Assembly: GCA_963741905.1 (NCBI GenBank)
Contig: CAVUJZ010000002.1
Coordinates: 8,599 to 72,598 of the forward strand
DNA length: 64,000 nucleotides
Origin: an uncultured Acidobacteriota bacterium
GTDB lineage: Bacteria; Acidobacteriota; Thermoanaerobaculia; Gp7-AA8; CAVUJZ01
Reading direction: 5' to 3'
Shown: piece by piece, positions 59,715 through 64,000 of the stretch
How positions within the stretch are numbered: position 1 is the first letter of the stretch
How the letters are laid out: every line of letters begins with the position of its first letter
The notes under the pieces: generated by a model
The model's input: only the letters and a program-made list of their open reading frames with translations
Databases searched by the model: none
What the model was told of the DNA's origin: nothing
Position numbers and translations under genes: made by a program

Positions 59715-60764
59715 TCAACCAGCCTCGACCAACCAGGGCCGATCGGGACGGATGCGCCGCGCCGACCAGTTTCCCACCCTCTCGATTGCCTCCTCGGAAC
59801 CGTCGGCCGCGGCGGTGATCAGACAGTTCAACAGGCGGCTCCCCGCGGGCACCACGACGTCCTGCGCGACGATCGAATCTTCCACCGTCGAACCACTTCC
59901 CACTCGAGCACGGTCCCAGAGGACCGAGCCTCGCACCCGGCTCCCCGGCCCGAGAACACTCTCCGATCCAAGAACCGAATCGTCCGGCTCGCCACCAGCC
60001 TCGACCGTCCGATGCAGGACGGAGCTTCCCCGGACGAGCGATCCTTCCGGCAGCTCCAGCTCCCCCGACAGCATCCGCCGACGCATCGCATCGCTTGCCG
60101 CCATATACCGGGCAGGCGTCCCGATGTCGAACCAGAGCCCGTCGTCAACCACCCCGGCCAGACCTGGACCGATCCTCCGGGTCAGGGGGATGTAGACGTC
60201 CTCGGTGATTCCCGAAAAGCCCTCCGGAGGAAGCAGGTCGAACACTGCCGGACTGAGCACGTGACAGCCGGCAAACATCAGCGGCTCGCCTCGCGCCTCA
60301 TCTCCGAACCCGCTGACCCGGCCCCCCTGGAGGCCGACCACGGTGAACCGCTCACCCTCCGGCGGATGCCGCAGCAGGAGCACCGCCACGGCACCGCTCG
60401 CCCTCCGGGTCCGCTCGAGCTCGCGCAGCGGGGGCCACTGTACGGTGTCGGCGTTGGTGACGCAGAAGTCGTCGTCACCCAGAAAAGCCCTGGCGTTGCG
60501 GATTCCCCCTCCCGTCCCCAGAATCTCCGGCTCGTATGTTGTCTGGACGTCGCAGCGATCCCTGAAGCCGGACAGATAGTCGCGGATCGGATCAGGCTGA
60601 TGGTGGAGATTGACGACGATCTCTCGGATGCCCGACTCGATCAGGCGCTCGAGAGCCCAGCCGAGCAACGGCCGGTTCAACAGCGGAATCATCGGCTTCG
60701 GCAGGTGGCTCGTGGCCGGGCGGAAGCGCGTGCCGAAGCCCGCCGCGAGAATCATCGCCCTCAT
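59715..60764 (-). CDS. Sugar-phosphate nucleotidyltransferase with a C-terminal left-handed beta-helix region
   Basis: It reads MRAMILAAGFGTRFRP....LPKPMIPL; the C-terminal half contains hexapeptide-like repeats. The ATG at 60764 overlaps the upstream stop (ATGA). Confidence 0.75.
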   Translation of the reverse strand: MRAMILAAGFGTRFRPATSHLPKPMIPLLNRPLLGWALERLIESGIREIVVNLHHQPDPIRDYLSGFRDRCDVQTTYEPEILGTGGGIRNARAFLGDDDFCVTNADTVQWPPLRELERTRRASGAVAVLLLRHPPEGERFTVVGLQGGRVSGFGDEARGEPLMFAGCHVLSPAVFDLLPPEGFSGITEDVYIPLTRRIGPGLAGVVDDGLWFDIGTPARYMAASDAMRRRMLSGELELPEGSLVRGSSVLHRTVEAGGEPDDSVLGSESVLGPGSRVRGSVLWDRARVGSGSTVEDSIVAQDVVVPAGSRLLNCLITAAADGSEEAIERVGNWSARRIRPDRPWLVEAG

Positions 60765-61327
60765 ATCGAGGGGAGATCCTCGGCCCGGAACACCATGTGC
60801 TCCGGAAGATCGCCGCGGAGGCGCCGCTGCTGGCGGTAAAGCTCCATGTAGCTCGCCCGCACCGCCTGGTTCATGTCCAGACCGAGCTCCTGAACGATCG
60901 TCTGAATCTGGTCCATCGGTCCTTCGATCTCGAAGTAATCGCCGATCGGAGTCCGGTCGACGACCACCTCCGCGCCGCGGAAGCGCCATACCTCCCGCAG
61001 CTTCTGATAGCGGAAGACCGATTTGAATCCGAGGGCTTCGAAAAGCTGGATGGCCTGCTCCAGACTCTCCACGCCGGTCTGGATCTCTTCGCGGGATTTG
61101 ACGCCGCCCTCGTAGCTCACCGGACCCTTGTAGGTCACCAGCACGAAGCGGCCGAACCTCCGCAGTCGAAGCATGCAGCCTCGGGTCCGGAGCTCGCCAC
61201 GCCGATCCAGCACGATGTTGTCCTCGAACGTCTCCGGATAGAGACGCTCCGCCCCCTCGGCGCGAAGCTGTCCCATCAGCTCCTGCCGGTCGTGGAGGGG
61301 AAACTTGATCTCAATCTCCTGAGCCAT
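60761..61327 (-). CDS. CYTH-domain protein (class IV adenylate cyclase / triphosphatase family)
   Basis: It has the N-terminal EIEIKF signature (ExExK) and reads ...LRLRR...VTYKGP...REEIQ...; its size is ~188 aa. Confidence 0.75.
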   Translation of the reverse strand: MAQEIEIKFPLHDRQELMGQLRAEGAERLYPETFEDNIVLDRRGELRTRGCMLRLRRFGRFVLVTYKGPVSYEGGVKSREEIQTGVESLEQAIQLFEALGFKSVFRYQKLREVWRFRGAEVVVDRTPIGDYFEIEGPMDQIQTIVQELGLDMNQAVRASYMELYRQQRRLRGDLPEHMVFRAEDLPSI

Positions 61328-62522
61328 GCGCCTTCCGCAGAACCTCTACGCCCGGAAGCTGCTCGCCGGAAATGAACTCCAGCGACGCGCCGCCTCCAGT
61401 CGAAATGTGAGTGATGGCATCCGCCATCCCCGACTGATGGACCGCTTCGACCGACTCTCCGCCCCCGACGATGGAGGTGGCTGCGCTGTCGGCAACCGCC
61501 TTGGCCACCGCACGCGTTCCCGCGGCGAACGGCTCCTTTTCGAACACGCCCATCGGGCCGTTCCAGAAGATCGTCCTCGCGTCCGCGAGGATTTCCACGT
61601 ACTTCATCACCGTACGGGTTCCGATGTCGACCGCCATGCCGCCGGGATCGACACCGGCTTCGACGTCGACCGTGTGGACGCGGGTCGGGTTGTCCAGCGA
61701 ATCGGTCACGACGAGATCCACCGGAAGAACCAGATCGGCCCGTTCGGAACCGGCGGAGATCCGCCTCGCCACCTCCAGGGAATCCTGGTCCACGAGCGAG
61801 GCACCCATCGAGGTTCCACCGGCTGCCAGGAACGTGTTGGCCATCCCCCCACCGATCAGCACGTGATCGGCGAGCCGGACCATCGCTTCCAGCGGCTCGA
61901 TCTTTCCCTTGATCTTCGCCCCGCCGAGGATCGCCACGAACGGCCGGTTCTCGTCGCTCACCGTGGTGACCTTCTGCAGAAACTCCACTTCACGAGAGAG
62001 CAGCAGTCCGGCGGCCACCTTTCCGGCGCCGAAGATCTCCGGCACCCCCACGATCGAGGCATGGGCACGGTGGCTCGCGCCGAATGCATCGTTCACGTAG
62101 AGCTCTGCGAGGGAGGCGAGCTGCCGGGCGAACTCCGGATCGTTGGCTTCCTCCCCAGCGTGAAAACGGAGGTTCTCGAGGAGGAGCACCTCACCGTTCT
62201 GCAGTGCATCGGCCTGTTCGGCCGCCTCCGGACCGACGCAGTCGGACGCCCACCGCACCTCTGTTCCGAGAAGCTCGGAAAGACGCTCACGGACCGGAGC
62301 CAGCGAGTACTTCGGGTTGACCGTCCCTTTCGGACGGCCCATATGGCTGGCGGCGATGATCCGGGCGCCTGCCTCACGCAGCCGGCGAAGCGTCGGCAGG
62401 GTGGCCTCGATCCGGCTGGCATCACTGATGGCCCCGCCGTCCAGTGGCACGTTGTAGTCCACCCGATAGAAAACCCTCTTCCCCTCGAACGAGAGGGCAT
62501 CGAGACCAGGCAGCTTGATCAT
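61311..62522 (-). CDS. pgk: Phosphoglycerate kinase
   Basis: It reads MIKLPGLDALSFEGKRVFYRVDYNVPL...SHMGRPKG...NLRFHAGEE...ILGGAKIKGKI...WNGPMGVFE...STGGGASLEF. The upstream part of ORF 61311..63335 is out-of-frame gap sequence. Confidence 0.9.
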   Translation of the reverse strand: MIKLPGLDALSFEGKRVFYRVDYNVPLDGGAISDASRIEATLPTLRRLREAGARIIAASHMGRPKGTVNPKYSLAPVRERLSELLGTEVRWASDCVGPEAAEQADALQNGEVLLLENLRFHAGEEANDPEFARQLASLAELYVNDAFGASHRAHASIVGVPEIFGAGKVAAGLLLSREVEFLQKVTTVSDENRPFVAILGGAKIKGKIEPLEAMVRLADHVLIGGGMANTFLAAGGTSMGASLVDQDSLEVARRISAGSERADLVLPVDLVVTDSLDNPTRVHTVDVEAGVDPGGMAVDIGTRTVMKYVEILADARTIFWNGPMGVFEKEPFAAGTRAVAKAVADSAATSIVGGGESVEAVHQSGMADAITHISTGGGASLEFISGEQLPGVEVLRKAHGSGD

Positions 62523-62602
62523 GATCGGTTCCTCCGGAATGACAGCGGGAGCCGGACTCGCCGGCTCCCGTCGATTCTGTCGCGGCTGGTCGAGCCGAGC
62601 TC

Positions 62603-63614
62603 TCAGCTCTTGACCTTTGCGATGTAGCGGATCAGGTCCACCACCCGGTTCGAATACCCATACTCGTTGTCGTACCACGACAGAACCTTGTGCATCTTCG
62701 GGTCGACCGAGCGGGTGAAGGTGGTATCGACGATCGATGAATAGGGGCTGTTGTTGAAATCGATCGACACCAGCTGCTCCTCCGAGCAGGTGAGGATGCC
62801 CTTCAGGTCGCCGTCTGCAGCCTTCCGGAGAGCGTCGTTGATCTCCTCCGCGCTGGTTTCCTTCTCGGTGTTGAACACCAGATCCACCAGCGAGACGTTC
62901 GGCGTCGGGACGCGCACCGAGATTCCGTCGAACTTCCCCTTCAGCTCGGGAAGCACCAGACCCACCGCCTTTGCCGCACCGGTGGTGGTCGGAATCATCG
63001 AGAGGCCCGCCGCACGGGCTCGCCGCAGGTCCTTGTGAGGCAGGTCGAGGATGACCTGATCGTTGGTGTACGAGTGGATCGTGGTCATGATGCCGCGGGT
63101 GATGGTGAAGTTCTCGTGAAGCACCCGGGCCATCGGTGCGAGACAGTTCGTGGTGCACGAAGCGTTCGAGATCACCTGGTGCTTCGAAGGGTCGAAGTCC
63201 TTCTCGTTCACCCCCATGCAGACGGTGAGATCGACCTCTTTCCGGGCGCGGAGATCGATCACCTGTTCCACGGTGCCGTGCAGATGCGCCGCGGCCTTGT
63301 CCCGCTGGCGTGAACCGCCCGGTGGACTCCACCACGATCTCCGCCCCAGATCCTCCCAGGGAATCTTCGCGGGATCGGGCGAGGCATAGACCTTGATGTC
63401 TTTCCCGTCGACAGTGATCTTTCCCTCACCGCTGGAGACCTCGTTGGGCAGCGTCCCATGGACCGAGTCGTACTTCAGCAGGTAGGCGAGCGTTGCCGGA
63501 TCCGTCAGATCGTTGACGGCGACGAACTCGACATCCTGAGTATTGTCATGAAGGGCGGCCCGGAGCACATTGCGTCCGATTCGGCCGAATCTCGTTGATT
63601 CCTACGTGTACCAT
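62603..63614 (-). CDS. gap: Glyceraldehyde-3-phosphate dehydrogenase, with at least 5 single-nt indels in the 5' third
   Basis: GGAGGA lies upstream of ATG 63614. The conserved motifs INGFGRIGRNVLRA, VVESTGRFT and VIISAPGK are recoverable only by switching frame near 63590, 63345, 63308 and twice in 63245-63262. The remainder (SNASCTTNCLAP...HSYTNDQ...WYDNEYGYS) is intact. Confidence 0.85.
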
Positions 63615-63717
63615 TCATCATTCCTCCGGCGGGCAACCCGCTGCAAGATCTGTTCAATCGTGAGAGGCACACTGCCTGACAGGCGAAATCTATCAGAGAT
63701 TGCCGGGAACGAAGAAC

Positions 63718-63745
63718 GGGAGCCAGGCCTGCCGCTCCGGCTCCC
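63718..63745 (-). terminator. Hairpin downstream of the M16-like gene, a possible terminator
   Basis: In minus sense it reads GGGAGCC-ggagcggcaggcct-GGCTCCC followed by gttcttcgtt. The T tract is only modest. Confidence 0.3.
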
Positions 63746-63814
63746 TTCCTGCCCTCCGATGCCCGCCTGCGGCCACAGGTCGGCGGCTCCACGCCGCGCT
63801 CGCCTCGGAGCTCC

Positions 63815-64000
63815 TCAGCCCTCGGGGTGCACCGGCATCCCGTCGAGATCGTAAAGGCCCATCGGACGGCCCGAGCGTCGACAGCGGCTCGCTGATCTCA
63901 CTGGCCTTTCCCACCACCACGATCGCCGACCGATCCCGGACTGACGTATTTCTGCGCCACCCGCGCCACGTCGTCGGCGGTGACTGCCGCAATCCATTCC
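63815..64000 (-). CDS. 3' end of an M16 (pitrilysin/insulinase)-like peptidase gene, truncated by the window edge and with two frame breaks
   Basis: Stitched across frames, the translation reads EWIAAVTADDVARVAQKYVSPDRSAIVVVGKASEISEPLSTLGRPMGLYDLDGMPVHPEG*. I recognise this C-terminal pattern only weakly. Confidence 0.3.
   Translation of the reverse strand, partial: GMDCGSHRRRRGAGGAEIRQSGIGRRSWWWERPVRSASRCRRSGRPMGLYDLDGMPVHPEG

Overview
This is a 64-kb, high-G+C, densely coding bacterial chromosomal window. The gene content fits an Acidobacteriota-like organism, but that cannot be proven from sequence alone.

Contents in order:
1. 1-7140 (minus): one giant secreted surface-protein gene with a signal peptide, YVTN beta-propeller repeats, then ~85-aa Ig-like domains encoded by near-identical 255-bp units. 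Its frame is broken many times and it runs off the left edge.
2. 7.6-10.0 kb: an osmoprotectant-type ABC importer.
3. 10.1-14.1 kb: a set of DUF5668/LiaF-like membrane proteins, followed by a LytS-type kinase and a LytTR regulator.
4. 14.6-15.1 kb: a PrxQ/Bcp peroxiredoxin whose peroxidatic Cys codon is an in-frame TGA followed by a SECIS-like hairpin, making it a candidate selenoprotein.
5. 15.2-29.0 kb: a minus-strand supercluster of four PAS/GAF-rich histidine kinases and three response regulators.
6. A divergent SDR/GNAT pair, then an 11-copy, exactly 77-bp, hairpin-containing tandem array directly upstream of lepB. One truncated copy and one inverted diverged copy lie next to it.
7. A large YfhO-like membrane protein.
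8. The asd-lysC-dapB-dapA-dapD-aminotransferase operon.
9. bfr and bfd.
10. A split LigD (separate polymerase and ligase genes), with no Ku in the window.
11. A VWA protein, an M15-like peptidase, and small membrane or secreted proteins.
12. A histone-H1-like Lys/Ala-rich tail fused to a Doc/Fic-fold domain with a degenerate motif.
13. Overlapping lhr and nei.
14. An MBL hydrolase, a GT2 transferase, and SLT and RlpA-like wall enzymes flanking an AT-rich island with two perfect palindromes.
15. The gap-pgk-CYTH-nucleotidyltransferase-kinase gene string.
16. The 3' end of an M16-like peptidase.

I recognised no rRNA, tRNA, CRISPR array, transposase or integrase.

Caveat: roughly twenty or more single-nucleotide frame breaks interrupt otherwise well-conserved genes. 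They occur in patches (4.1-4.6 kb, 10-13 kb, 63.2-64.0 kb). This looks like consensus indel error rather than biology, so affected genes are given with coordinates spanning the breaks.
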